This document shows positions 10,270 to 19,282 of a stretch of 64,000 nt of DNA, piece by piece. The notes beneath the pieces were generated by a model. It was not told the origin of the DNA. It was given only the letters and a program-made list of their open reading frames with translations, and did no database searches. This stretch comes from an uncultured Bacillales bacterium (GTDB taxonomy: Bacteria > Bacillota_I > Bacilli_A > RFN20 > CAG-826): NCBI GenBank assembly GCA_946414655.1, contig CAMKPL010000002.1, positions 133,765 through 197,764 of the forward strand, in the 5' to 3' direction. Both the position numbers and the translations under genes were made by a program. The first letter of the stretch is position 1, and every line of letters starts with the position of its first letter.

Positions 10270-11180
10270 TATTTAGCCTCCTTTGCTCGTTGATGTTTTG
10301 ACTTCGCATTCTTAATATATACATTTTTAATGTATGGTACAGCAAGGAAGATGGCGACAACAATTGCTGAAAGCATCTTTAATAATTCTGGTTCGTTTGT
10401 GACATAGACAATGAATTGGAAGACAAAGAAATAGATAATTGCGCCAACAGTAACAAATCCCATATTAAGTGCAAAATTCTTTGATAAACGACCAAATAAA
10501 GTTGTTCCAATAACAATGGCAGCTAATCCAATGACGATTGCTCCTCGACCCATATTAATATCAGCTGAACCTTGGAAACGAGCAAGTACTGCTCCGGCAA
10601 AAGCAACAATAGCATTGGAAATCATTAACGCAATGATTTTACGGGCATTAACATTAATACCGTTTGCTTTGGCCATCGCTTCGTTTGAACCAGTCGCACG
10701 AATAGATGACCCATATTTGGTTCCAAAGAACCAATACAATGCTAGAATGAGGATGGCAGCGATGCCAATAACAATTGGAATTGTCGTATAAACACCTGAA
10801 CTAGCATTCATCGAAATGAGTGCGTCACGTGAATTAATTGGCATTGATGCTTGACCTAAGATCTTGTAGTTAATTGACCAGAGCATTAACTGAGTTAAAA
10901 TACCAGCCAAAATCCCTGGAATTCCTAGATAACAGTGGAGTAAGGCTGTAATTAAACCAGCCGCAGCTCCAGCAAAGAAGGAAATAAGAAAACCAAGTGG
11001 AACAGGAACACCAGCCGCTGTAAGGATGGCAAATAAACATCCTCCAGTAGCAAATGATCCATCAACAGTTAAATCAGCAAAATCCAAGATTTTGAATGTG
11101 ATAAAAACACCAATGGCCATAATTCCCCAAATGATGCCTTGGTCTAGAACAGATGGTAGTGTGTTAAAAAATCCAGCCAT
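10269..11180 (-). CDS. ABC transporter permease, COG4120 / branched-chain-type BPD_transp_2 family.
   Basis: Polytopic membrane protein. Translationally coupled to the downstream ATPase gene (start/stop overlap). Confidence 0.75.
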   Translation of the reverse strand: MAGFFNTLPSVLDQGIIWGIMAIGVFITFKILDFADLTVDGSFATGGCLFAILTAAGVPVPLGFLISFFAGAAAGLITALLHCYLGIPGILAGILTQLMLWSINYKILGQASMPINSRDALISMNASSGVYTTIPIVIGIAAILILALYWFFGTKYGSSIRATGSNEAMAKANGINVNARKIIALMISNAIVAFAGAVLARFQGSADINMGRGAIVIGLAAIVIGTTLFGRLSKNFALNMGFVTVGAIIYFFVFQFIVYVTNEPELLKMLSAIVVAIFLAVPYIKNVYIKNAKSKHQRAKEAK

Positions 11181-11196
11181 TTTATTTGCTTAAAAA

Positions 11197-12183
11197 TTAT
11201 TCGAGTGGTAAGACTTCGTAACCAGCATCTTCAGGAACATCAATTCCTAAAGCTGTACAACGGGAAGGAACATAAAGTTTCTTCACATTGGTATCGTATT
11301 GAATTTCGTATTCACGAATATCTTTTTTACCAAGTAAAATGTTGAATGCCATTTCACCAGTGATTTCACCTAAACGGGTGTAATCAATGGATAATGTGGC
11401 AAAGCCACAACCTTTACAAATGCCAGATTCTCCAGCAAAAACTGGGACACCAGCACCTTCAAATACTTGGTTAATCGAAGCAGTGTTATCAGCACAGAAG
11501 TTATCTGTTGGGATATAAATCACATCTTCTTTAGAAGCGGCAGTATTACAAACTGATGTTAATGTGTCGGATCCAGAGATTGGATAAGTAGAAACTGTTT
11601 TACCAGCATCTTCTAAATGCTTCTTGACTTCATCAACTTGGAATTTGGAGTTAGCTTCGCTAGCGGAGTATAAAATACCAAATTTTGTTGCATCTGGGCA
11701 AAGTTCTTTCATTGCATTAACTTGTCCATCAAGTGGTGCAAGATCGCTTGTTCCAGAAACATTAGTTTTTGTTTTTCCACCTTCAACTTCAATACTACAT
11801 GCGACACCAAAATCAGTTACAGATGTTCCTAAAATAGGAATATAAGATGTGGCAGTGTAAGCCGCAGATAAGCATGGAGTAGCATTAGCTAAGATTAAAT
11901 CAACATCTTTACTAACTAAAGTCGAAATAATGGTTGGGCAGTTAGCTTGATCACCAGCAGCATCGGTTTGAACAAATTCGATTTCACGTCCTTCCGCAGT
12001 AAGGAGAGCGGCTAATTTGGATTTAAAACCGTTTGTTGCTGCATCAAGAGCAACGTGAGGAACGAACTGAGCAATACCTACAACATATTTTTGTTTGTCT
12101 GGGTTAACTTTAATGTCAGTTTTTCCACAACCTGCTAAAGCAGTAATCGCGGCAACGCCGAGGAGTAATGAACCTTTCTTCAT
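11197..12183 (-). CDS. ABC transporter substrate-binding lipoprotein, ABC_sub_bind/COG2984 family.
   Basis: Lipoprotein signal 'LAGC'. First gene of a three-gene importer operon. RBS AGAGGT upstream. Confidence 0.75.
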   Translation of the reverse strand: MKKGSLLLGVAAITALAGCGKTDIKVNPDKQKYVVGIAQFVPHVALDAATNGFKSKLAALLTAEGREIEFVQTDAAGDQANCPTIISTLVSKDVDLILANATPCLSAAYTATSYIPILGTSVTDFGVACSIEVEGGKTKTNVSGTSDLAPLDGQVNAMKELCPDATKFGILYSASEANSKFQVDEVKKHLEDAGKTVSTYPISGSDTLTSVCNTAASKEDVIYIPTDNFCADNTASINQVFEGAGVPVFAGESGICKGCGFATLSIDYTRLGEITGEMAFNILLGKKDIREYEIQYDTNVKKLYVPSRCTALGIDVPEDAGYEVLPLE

Positions 12184-12219
12184 AATTTTTACCTCTAATC
12201 ACTTTCTATTTATGTTTAA

Positions 12220-12237
12220 TTCACCTTATTTGGTGAA
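12220..12237. promoter_or_regulatory. Perfect inverted repeat TTCACC-N6-GGTGAA in the divergent intergenic region; candidate operator.
   Basis: Lies 37-54 bp upstream of the ABC operon start codon and about 160 bp upstream of the HTH-trpB start. Confidence 0.35.
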
Positions 12238-12344
12238 AGTTTTCTAATAATTTGATAATTATCTGAAATTTAAACGGTGCTTAAATTCTACAAAATTTAA
12301 TGAAAATTGTATATAAAAATTTTTTTATGAAATTCCAAATGTTC

Positions 12345-12373
12345 TTGAAATCGCATTATCGGTATTTTATAAT
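12345..12373 (+). promoter_or_regulatory. Sigma-A-type promoter for HTH-trpB
   Basis: TTGAAA - 17 bp - TATAAT, then RBS GAGGAA 8 nt before the ATG at 12400. Confidence 0.45.
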
Positions 12374-13800
12374 TGTGCCGAAAGTTGAGGAACGGAACAA
12401 TGTATATTTCAGTCAAAGAAGCCGCAGAAAAGTGGGGAATTAATGAACGCCGTGTTCGTCTTTTATGCCAAGAAAACCGTATCGAAGGTTTAAAAAAGAA
12501 AGGCAAAGCTTATCTTATTCCAGATAATGCACCAAAACCACTTGATCGAAGAGGCAAAACAAATCCGATTAAAATTAATAAGAATAAAGAAATAAATTTC
12601 GCGACATATCGTAAAGAATATCCGACAAAAGACGGTTATTTTGGTGAATATGGTGGGTCTTATTTTGATGAAAAAACAAACAAGATTTTCCAGGAAATTT
12701 ATAATGCCTACCTCACCATTTGCAAATCCTCGAAATTTATCAACGAATTACGTGAAATCCGCAAGAATTACCAAGGAAGACCAACACCAGTTTATCACTG
12801 TGAACGTCTCTCGAATTACCTTGGAAAAGTTCAAATATATTTGAAAAGAGAAGATTTAAACCATAATGGTTCCCATAAACTAAATAACTGCATGGGACAA
12901 GCTCTTTTGGCAAAATATCTTGGTAAAACTAAGTTAATTGCCGAAACTGGAGCTGGTTCTCACGGCTCTGCTGTGGCAACTGCAGCAGCTTATTTTGGTC
13001 TAAAATGTGACATTTATATGGGCGCTGTTGATATGGAAAAACAAGCACCAAATGTGAACCGCATGAAAATGCTTGGAGCAAGAGTTATTCCAGTTTATGA
13101 AGGCACTCAAACTCTAAAAGAAGCTGTTGATGTTGCTTTTGTAAATTATTTAAAAGAATCTAAAGATGCTTTCTATCTTATGGGATCGGCCGTCGGACCT
13201 CATCCTTATCCGCTAATTGTTAGGGATTTCCAGGAAATTATTGGTCGAGAAGCACGTGAACAGTTCTTAGAAATGACTGGAGAATTGCCTGATATTGTTT
13301 GTGCGTGTGTCGGTGGTGGAAGTAACGCTATCGGTATGTTTGAGGCTTTCTTAAATGATCCAGTCCAAATTGTTGGTGTTGAACCAATGGGTACCGGAAA
13401 GGAAATCGGCAAAAATGCCGCATCCATGACTTTCGGCAAACCTTATGTTCTCCATGGATTTAAGAACCGTGTTTTATTAAATAAAGACGGTAGTGTGGCA
13501 AATGCTTACTCCATTGCATCTGGCTTAGATTATCCAGGCGTTGGACCAGAGCACTGCTTCCTTCATGATATTGGTCGAGTAGAATATGATAGTGTGACTG
13601 ATGAGGAAGCGTTAGAAGCTTTTAAGCTTCTTTCAAGACTCGAAGGTATTATTCCAGCAATCGAATCAGCTCATGCACTAGCTTATGCTATTCGTGTTGC
13701 TCGTACTCGTCATTCTGGTTCAATCCTTGTCAATTTAAGTGGACGAGGAGATAAAGATCTCGACTACATCATGAAAAAATACCCAGAAATTCTTGAATAA
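12373..13800 (+). CDS. trpB: Tryptophan synthase beta subunit (TrpB1-type) fused to an N-terminal HTH DNA-binding domain. Probable true start is the ATG at 12400 ([13 protein letters not shown]...).
   Basis: Core is collinear with E. coli TrpB: '[17 protein letters not shown]' (PLP lysine), 'GGGSNAIG', '[12 protein letters not shown]', 'NLSGRGDKD'. N-terminal 60 aa '[39 protein letters not shown]' matches the common Firmicute stand-alone HTH family. No trpA is adjacent. Confidence 0.8.
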   Translation: MCRKLRNGTMYISVKEAAEKWGINERRVRLLCQENRIEGLKKKGKAYLIPDNAPKPLDRRGKTNPIKINKNKEINFATYRKEYPTKDGYFGEYGGSYFDEKTNKIFQEIYNAYLTICKSSKFINELREIRKNYQGRPTPVYHCERLSNYLGKVQIYLKREDLNHNGSHKLNNCMGQALLAKYLGKTKLIAETGAGSHGSAVATAAAYFGLKCDIYMGAVDMEKQAPNVNRMKMLGARVIPVYEGTQTLKEAVDVAFVNYLKESKDAFYLMGSAVGPHPYPLIVRDFQEIIGREAREQFLEMTGELPDIVCACVGGGSNAIGMFEAFLNDPVQIVGVEPMGTGKEIGKNAASMTFGKPYVLHGFKNRVLLNKDGSVANAYSIASGLDYPGVGPEHCFLHDIGRVEYDSVTDEEALEAFKLLSRLEGIIPAIESAHALAYAIRVARTRHSGSILVNLSGRGDKDLDYIMKKYPEILE

Positions 13801-13829
13801 TTCTTTTAATTATTCGTATTTGTGATATA

Positions 13830-13990
13830 TTTATTGTGCTCCGATAAAGGAACTTGCCACTCCTTTGGAGATGATGAAGAATCATCGTGTCTCTGCGTTA
13901 AAGAGAAAATAATTAAGTGCAATACAAAGTATTGAAAGAGGATGGTACCGCGATAAGTTCGTTCCTCTGAGATACTTTTTTATTTTGTTT
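13830..13990 (+). ncRNA. T-box leader (probable Ala specifier GCC) controlling alaS by transcription attenuation.
   Basis: Conserved T-box sequence 'AGAGGATGGTACCGCG' at about 13935-13952. Candidate specifier loop 'ACUUGCCAC' (GCC followed by a purine). Terminator-like interrupted stem GUAU..AGAGGA / UCCUCU..AUAC followed by UUUUUUUAUUUU directly before the alaS RBS. Confidence 0.65.
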
Positions 13991-14003
13991 AGGAGGTCAA
14001 GAT

Positions 14004-16610
14004 ATGAAATACATGACCGGTCAAGAAATTCGTGAAACATGGTTAAACTTTTTTAAATCCAAAGGTCACCATGTTGAAAAAGGTGCTTCTTTAATTCCAT
14101 ACCAAGATCCAACATTACTCTGGATTAATTCAGGTGTGGCCGCTTTAAAGAAATACATGGACGGTAGTGAAGTACCACCAAGCCGAAGAATCACCAATGT
14201 CCAGAAGTCAATTCGTACAAACGATATTGAAAACGTTGGTTTTACTGCTCGACACCACACATTCTTTGAAATGCTTGGTAACTTCTCCATAGGAGACTAC
14301 TTTAAAAAGGAAGTTATTCCATTTGCATTCGAAATTCTCACTAGTGAGAAATATTTTGGAATGCCTAAGGATAAACTCTATTTCACATATAACCCAATTG
14401 ATGAAGAAACACATCAACTTTGGTTAAAAGAAGGTGTTGAAGAGTCACATCTAATTCCTTTAGAAGGAAACTATTGGGAAATCGGCGAAGGTCCAGCTGG
14501 ACCAAACACTGAAGTGTTTTTTGACCGTGGTGAAAAGTATGATCCTAAACATTTAGGTGTTCGACTACTTCGTGAAGAAATTGAAAACGACAGATACATC
14601 GAAATCTGGGGTATTGTTTTTTCACAATTTAACGCCGTTCCTGGAACACCAAGAAGTCAGTATAAGGAATTACCAAGCAAGAACATTGATACAGGCGCTG
14701 GATTGGAACGTATTGCTTGCGTATTACAGGAAACAGAAACGAATTTTGAAACAGACTTGTTCCTACCAATTATTAAAAAGATTGAGCTTATAGCTCAACA
14801 ACCATATAAACCTCCATACCTGACCAATTACAGAGTTATTGCTGATCATATTAGAGCTGTGACATTTGCGATTGCTGATGGCGAAATTTTCTCAAATGAA
14901 GGTCGCGGATATGTTTTACGTCGACTTGTCCGACGTGCAATGAGATTTGCAAAGCAAATTGGTATTGAAAAACCATTCATGTACACACTTGTTGATGTTG
15001 TTATCAACATCTATGCTAAGTTCTACCCAGAAAATGTTTCTAAAGGACCAAGTATCGCTAAGATGGTTAAAGCCGAAGAAGAAAAATTCCTTGAGACATT
15101 GACTACAGGCGAAGCTTTGCTTCGTGAAATGATTATTGGCAAAAAAGAACTTTCTGGAATTGATGCTTTTAAACTCTATGATACATTCGGCTTCCCAATT
15201 GATTTAACAATTGAGATTTGTGCTGAAAAAGGTGTTAAAGTTGATCGAGATGGTTTTGAAAAAGAGATGGAAAAGCAAAAAGAACGTGCTCGTCAAGCTC
15301 GCTCAAATGCGCAAAGCATGCATAAACAGTCCAAGGATCTGCTCGAATTTGTTACTCCATCTGAATTTACTTATGAACCAGAACCGCTTATAGCGGTTGT
15401 TATTGGATGTTTTAAAGATGGAGTCCGAGTAAAAGAGATTTCTGACGAAGGCGAAATCATTTTGTCGAGAACAAATTTCTATGCCGAATCTGGTGGCGAA
15501 GTTGCAGACACAGGCGAAATTTCCAATAGTTCTACAACTCTAGAGGTGTTTAACGTTGTTAAAGCACCAAACAAGCAACATCTTCATGCTGTCAAAGTAA
15601 AACGCGGTGTTATTAGAGAAGGTGATGAAGTTCGAGCTGAAATTAATATCGAAGATCGTCGATTAATCGAAAGAAACCATACTGCAACACACCTTTTACA
15701 AGCTGCTTTGGATAAAGTGCTTGGAAACCACATTAAACAAATGGGTTCTTACGTATGTAAGGATTATATGAGATTTGACTTCACTCATTATAGTAAAATT
15801 ACTAGCGAAGAATTAAAAGCAATTGATTCTGAGGTAAATAAAATGATTGCTGAAGCTATTCCAGCAAACATCCAAATCATGTCTTTAGCCGATGCAAATA
15901 AGCTTGGTGCTAAAGCGTTCTTCTCTGAAAAATATGGTGATGAAGTTCGTGTTGTTGCTTATAGCAACAAGTCAATTGAATTCTGTGGTGGTTGTCACGT
16001 TAAGAACACTTCTGAAATTGGAGTGTTTGTTATTGAAAGTGAATCATCAATCGCATCTGGAGTGCGAAGAATTCAAGGGCGTTCATCTGTTGGTGCCTAT
16101 GAATTAATAAAAGAACGACAAGACACATTAAAACAAATTGTTGAGAGTGTTGGTGCTTATAGCACCAGTGATGCATTAAATAAGATTCATAATATGTTAG
16201 AGGAACTCAACAAAGTTAATCGTCGCTTATCATCGCTGATGGATCGAATCTCTCACTCAAGCGCTAATGATGCCCTTGAACAATTTATTGATCTTAAAGG
16301 ATATAAGGTTTTAACAAAATATGTTAAGGGCGCCTCAATGGAAAACCTAAATTCCATGGGTGATGACCTTAAAGTCAAATTTAATGATTATGCTATCCTC
16401 CTTATAGGAGGAGATGGAGATTCTCTGCCAATTTCAGTATTTATTGGTGGCTCAGCGTTACGAAAAAATATGGCCGGAAATCTTGTTCGAGAAGTTGCTA
16501 AACAACTTGGTGGTGGTGGCGGAGGACGCCCGAATATGGCAAACGGTTCGGGCCGTGATTCAACAAGGATTGAATCCGCTATTCAGTTATTCAAGGAGAC
16601 TCTTCAATGA
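14004..16610 (+). CDS. alaS: Alanine--tRNA ligase
   Basis: 868 aa. Class II aaRS motifs, editing-domain 'HTATHLL' and 'CGGCH' zinc motifs, C-terminal DHHA1-like 'GGGGGGRPNMANG'. Confidence 0.9.
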   Translation: MKYMTGQEIRETWLNFFKSKGHHVEKGASLIPYQDPTLLWINSGVAALKKYMDGSEVPPSRRITNVQKSIRTNDIENVGFTARHHTFFEMLGNFSIGDYFKKEVIPFAFEILTSEKYFGMPKDKLYFTYNPIDEETHQLWLKEGVEESHLIPLEGNYWEIGEGPAGPNTEVFFDRGEKYDPKHLGVRLLREEIENDRYIEIWGIVFSQFNAVPGTPRSQYKELPSKNIDTGAGLERIACVLQETETNFETDLFLPIIKKIELIAQQPYKPPYLTNYRVIADHIRAVTFAIADGEIFSNEGRGYVLRRLVRRAMRFAKQIGIEKPFMYTLVDVVINIYAKFYPENVSKGPSIAKMVKAEEEKFLETLTTGEALLREMIIGKKELSGIDAFKLYDTFGFPIDLTIEICAEKGVKVDRDGFEKEMEKQKERARQARSNAQSMHKQSKDLLEFVTPSEFTYEPEPLIAVVIGCFKDGVRVKEISDEGEIILSRTNFYAESGGEVADTGEISNSSTTLEVFNVVKAPNKQHLHAVKVKRGVIREGDEVRAEINIEDRRLIERNHTATHLLQAALDKVLGNHIKQMGSYVCKDYMRFDFTHYSKITSEELKAIDSEVNKMIAEAIPANIQIMSLADANKLGAKAFFSEKYGDEVRVVAYSNKSIEFCGGCHVKNTSEIGVFVIESESSIASGVRRIQGRSSVGAYELIKERQDTLKQIVESVGAYSTSDALNKIHNMLEELNKVNRRLSSLMDRISHSSANDALEQFIDLKGYKVLTKYVKGASMENLNSMGDDLKVKFNDYAILLIGGDGDSLPISVFIGGSALRKNMAGNLVREVAKQLGGGGGGRPNMANGSGRDSTRIESAIQLFKETLQ

Positions 16611-17038
16611 GTAAAATCCTCGGACTTGATTTAGGAACGACAACGCTTGGTATTGCTGTTACCGATGCTTTAAGCATCGCAGTACATCCAAGAGAAGTTT
16701 ATCGGTTTGAAAAAGGAAATTTTAAAAGCGCGCGCGAGCATGTTTTAGAAATCTGCGAGAAAGAAAACATCCATGAATTAGTTATTGGTGTTCCATATTA
16801 CGAATCAGGCGACCTATCTCCACATGCTAAAAGTTGCTTAAGATTTAAAAATGATTTGCTTATAGCAAATAGCAAACTAATTATTCACGAAATTGATGAA
16901 TCTTACTCCACGATTGATGCAGACGAAAAATTAAAAGAAATGAATTTGTCTTATGAAAAACGCAAAGCGCTTGTAGACGAGTACGCTGCTGTCGTGATTC
17001 TAGAAAGATATCTTAGAAAACTGGAGGAACAGAAATGA
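16607..17038 (+). CDS. ruvX: Holliday-junction resolvase-like / pre-16S rRNA nuclease YqgF (RuvX)
   Basis: 'ILGLDLGTTTLGIAV' RNase H-like fold N-terminus. 143 aa. ATGA overlap with alaS. Confidence 0.85.
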   Translation: MSKILGLDLGTTTLGIAVTDALSIAVHPREVYRFEKGNFKSAREHVLEICEKENIHELVIGVPYYESGDLSPHAKSCLRFKNDLLIANSKLIIHEIDESYSTIDADEKLKEMNLSYEKRKALVDEYAAVVILERYLRKLEEQK

Positions 17039-17307
17039 AAAACCCATTGTTAGAAGACGAAATTTTAATTACCGATGAAAACGGTGTCGAACAAGTGATG
17101 AAAATTCTCTTCACATACGAGAATGAAGAACGTCATAAAATGTATGCCTTCTTATATAAAGAAGGGGATGAAGATAATGTCGTTCCTGTTTCGATAAACG
17201 AAAAGGATTCTTCAATTGAGGTCATTGAAGACGAAAAAGAGCTTGAAGAAGTTGAAGAAGTTTTCAATTGCTTCCTTGATGACCCAAAAATGAAGGAAAT
17301 TAAATAA
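17035..17307 (+). CDS. DUF1292 family protein (B. subtilis YrzB-like)
   Basis: Small acidic protein in the conserved position after ruvX. 'ITDENGVE...YAFLYK' pattern. Confidence 0.65.
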   Translation: MKNPLLEDEILITDENGVEQVMKILFTYENEERHKMYAFLYKEGDEDNVVPVSINEKDSSIEVIEDEKELEEVEEVFNCFLDDPKMKEIK

Positions 17308-17372
17308 TTTGTTGTTTACAACATTAAATATGATTGGTAAACTCTTTATTGCGATTTAGGAGGCTTTAAAAG

Positions 17373-17852
17373 ATGGCCACAGAAAAAATTGAATTAACAA
17401 AAGAAGGCGAAGCTAAGTTAACGAAAGAACTTCGTCACTTAATTGATATTGATCGTCCAGAAGTCTTGGACCAACTTGCTGCCGCTCGTGCACAAGGCGA
17501 CTTGAGCGAAAACGCTGACTATGATGCAGCGCGTAATAAACAAGCTGAAGTTGAAGCTCGTATTAAAGAAATCGAAAATATTTTAGCAAATGCTAAAATT
17601 ATCGAAGAAAAGAAACAAACAAGTAAACTTGTCGCTCTAGGTTCAACAGTTGAAATCAAAGATCTTAGTGATAACACCAAGGCAACCTATACCATCGTTG
17701 GTACAGTTGAAGCTAATCCAACTAAAGGATTGATCTCCAATGTCTCTCCACTTGGAAAAGCCATTATTGGTAAAAAAGTTGGTGATGTTTGTGTTGTGCG
17801 TGTTGCTCGCGAATATAAAGTCGAAATCTTAAAGCTTACAACTGGTAAATAA
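17373..17852 (+). CDS. greA: Transcription elongation factor GreA
   Basis: N-terminal coiled coil 'LTKEGEAKLTKEL...RPEV' and C-terminal FKBP-like domain. 159 aa. Confidence 0.9.
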   Translation: MATEKIELTKEGEAKLTKELRHLIDIDRPEVLDQLAAARAQGDLSENADYDAARNKQAEVEARIKEIENILANAKIIEEKKQTSKLVALGSTVEIKDLSDNTKATYTIVGTVEANPTKGLISNVSPLGKAIIGKKVGDVCVVRVAREYKVEILKLTTGK

Positions 17853-17865
17853 GATTCCCACCCAA

Positions 17866-17893
17866 AAAAATTAAGGTACCTATGGTACCTTTT
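17866..17893 (+). terminator. Rho-independent terminator after greA
   Basis: AAGGTACC-tat-GGTACCTT followed by TTTT. Confidence 0.6.
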
Positions 17894-17954
17894 TTAATTC
17901 GTGCGAAAAATTTGTCTTTATTTTACGCATATAGATAGTGAAAGGAGACAAATT

Positions 17955-18128
17955 ATGCGCAAATTAACTAGAGAAGAACTCGCCGAGATTAAGACTGGCG
18001 AGCTCACATTAACAGCAGTATTAACTGTTCTGGCTGTTTCTTTGATGGCAGTAGTAATTTATAAATTATTCATGTCTAAAGAAGGCAGCTCGACTGTCCC
18101 TGGTGGTTGGAAATTTACTTGGAAATGA
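17955..18128 (+). CDS. Small (57 aa) single-TM peptide, translationally coupled to radC (ATGA overlap). Its N-terminus resembles a double-glycine-type leader.
   Basis: RBS AAAGGAGA 7 nt upstream of ATG. Sequence 'MRKLTREELAEIKTG|ELTLTAVLTVLAVSLMAVVIYKLFMSKEGSSTVPGGWKFTWK'. The longer track ORF (17901) would overlap its own RBS. Confidence 0.5.
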   Translation: MRKLTREELAEIKTGELTLTAVLTVLAVSLMAVVIYKLFMSKEGSSTVPGGWKFTWK

Positions 18129-18799
18129 AAATTGCCGATTTACCAAAGGAGGCAAAGCCTCGTGAAAAAGCCTTCTGTTATGGCATTGGTGAATTAGACG
18201 ATCAAGAACTACTCGCTTTAATCATCGGAAGTGGGGTGAGGGGGCATTCAGCGATTGAGATTGCAAGGTCCTTGTTAGAGACCTTCATTACACTCCCTCA
18301 CCTCTCTACGGCTTCATTAAGTGCGCTTATAGCGCAAAAAGGATTAAACAGAGTAAATGCGTTAAAATTGATCGCCGCATTTGAATTACATAGACGCCTT
18401 TCATCAACGAAATATGCCTTACCAGAGCAAATAACTAAGACAAATCAAATAGTCGATCGTTTTCGTTATCTAGAAAACTTTGATTATGAGGTTGTTATTT
18501 TAGTCATGCTGAATCGGAAAAAAGAAATCATTCGCGAGGTCACTAAGTATAAAGGGACATATGATTCATGTTTCTTTAATTTCAAAGAAATTATATCCGA
18601 ATTATTGGATTCAAAATGCACGTCTTTCATTGTTGTGCACAATCATCCAGATGAATCACACTTACCTAGCGAGAACGATGTCATCTCGACTTCGATTCTT
18701 AAAGACAAAACGGAAGAATTCGGAATGAAGCTTTACGATCATGTAATCATCTTCAAAAATGGTTTCTATTCGTTCAAAGAACAAGGCCATTTTCGCTAA
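18107..18799 (+). CDS. radC: RadC-like JAB/MPN domain protein (UPF0758). Likely start is the ATG at 18125 (MKIADLPKE...).
   Basis: N-terminal HhH-like 'ELLALIIGSG', JAMM motif 'HNHPDESHLPSENDV'. Confidence 0.8.
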   Translation: MEIYLEMKIADLPKEAKPREKAFCYGIGELDDQELLALIIGSGVRGHSAIEIARSLLETFITLPHLSTASLSALIAQKGLNRVNALKLIAAFELHRRLSSTKYALPEQITKTNQIVDRFRYLENFDYEVVILVMLNRKKEIIREVTKYKGTYDSCFFNFKEIISELLDSKCTSFIVVHNHPDESHLPSENDVISTSILKDKTEEFGMKLYDHVIIFKNGFYSFKEQGHFR

Positions 18800-18967
18800 A
18801 ATATGGTTTACATTTGTAAAAAAATGTTTACAAACACTTTCATTAATAATATATTAATAAGCGTTGTCGCCTCACAAGCTACAACCGCATAGAAAAGGTA
18901 ACTAACTTATTACTCATAGTAATAGACCTTAATAGCGAGTCTTGAGTGAGAAAGTCGAGGTATATTT
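18800..18967 (+). promoter_or_regulatory. rplU 5' leader region containing two short palindromes; possible L21-leader autoregulatory RNA.
   Basis: Palindrome TTTGTAAA-N7-TTTACAAA overlaps a TTTACA(-35)-17-TATATT(-10) promoter. Second palindrome ATTACTCATAGTAAT. The 168-nt untranslated leader is typical of Firmicute rplU operons. Confidence 0.3.
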
Positions 18968-19279
18968 ATGTACGCTATCATTGAAACTGGTGGAAAACAA
19001 GTTCGCGTCGAAGTCGGACAAAAGGTTTTTGTTGAAAAACTCGATGTAGAAGAAAACAAAGCAGTGAGCTTTGAGAAGGTTCTTCTTGTCGCGGACAAAG
19101 AAGTTAAAGTCGGTACACCATATGTCGAAGGAGCGAAAGTAACCGCAAAAGTCGTGAAAAACGGACTTGGTAAAAAGATTCGCATCTACAAATACAAAGC
19201 TAAACATAATTCCGCTCGTCGTATGATTGGTCATCGTCAACCATATACTTGCGTTGTTATTGAAAGCATCGTTGCTTAA
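18968..19279 (+). CDS. rplU: 50S ribosomal protein L21
   Basis: '[11 protein letters not shown]' N-terminus. 103 aa. Confidence 0.9.
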   Translation: MYAIIETGGKQVRVEVGQKVFVEKLDVEENKAVSFEKVLLVADKEVKVGTPYVEGAKVTAKVVKNGLGKKIRIYKYKAKHNSARRMIGHRQPYTCVVIESIVA

Positions 19280-19282
19280 TTT

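Noticed and set aside
12184-12372. Possible Trp T-box or other riboswitch upstream of HTH-trpB.
   Set aside because: No GGTGGTACCGCG-type T-box sequence or terminator is present. The region contains only a promoter and an inverted repeat.
12373-12399. TTG start 'MCRKLRNGT' for trpB.
   Set aside because: It lies inside the -10 TATAAT box. The RBS GAGGAA is positioned for the ATG at 12400.
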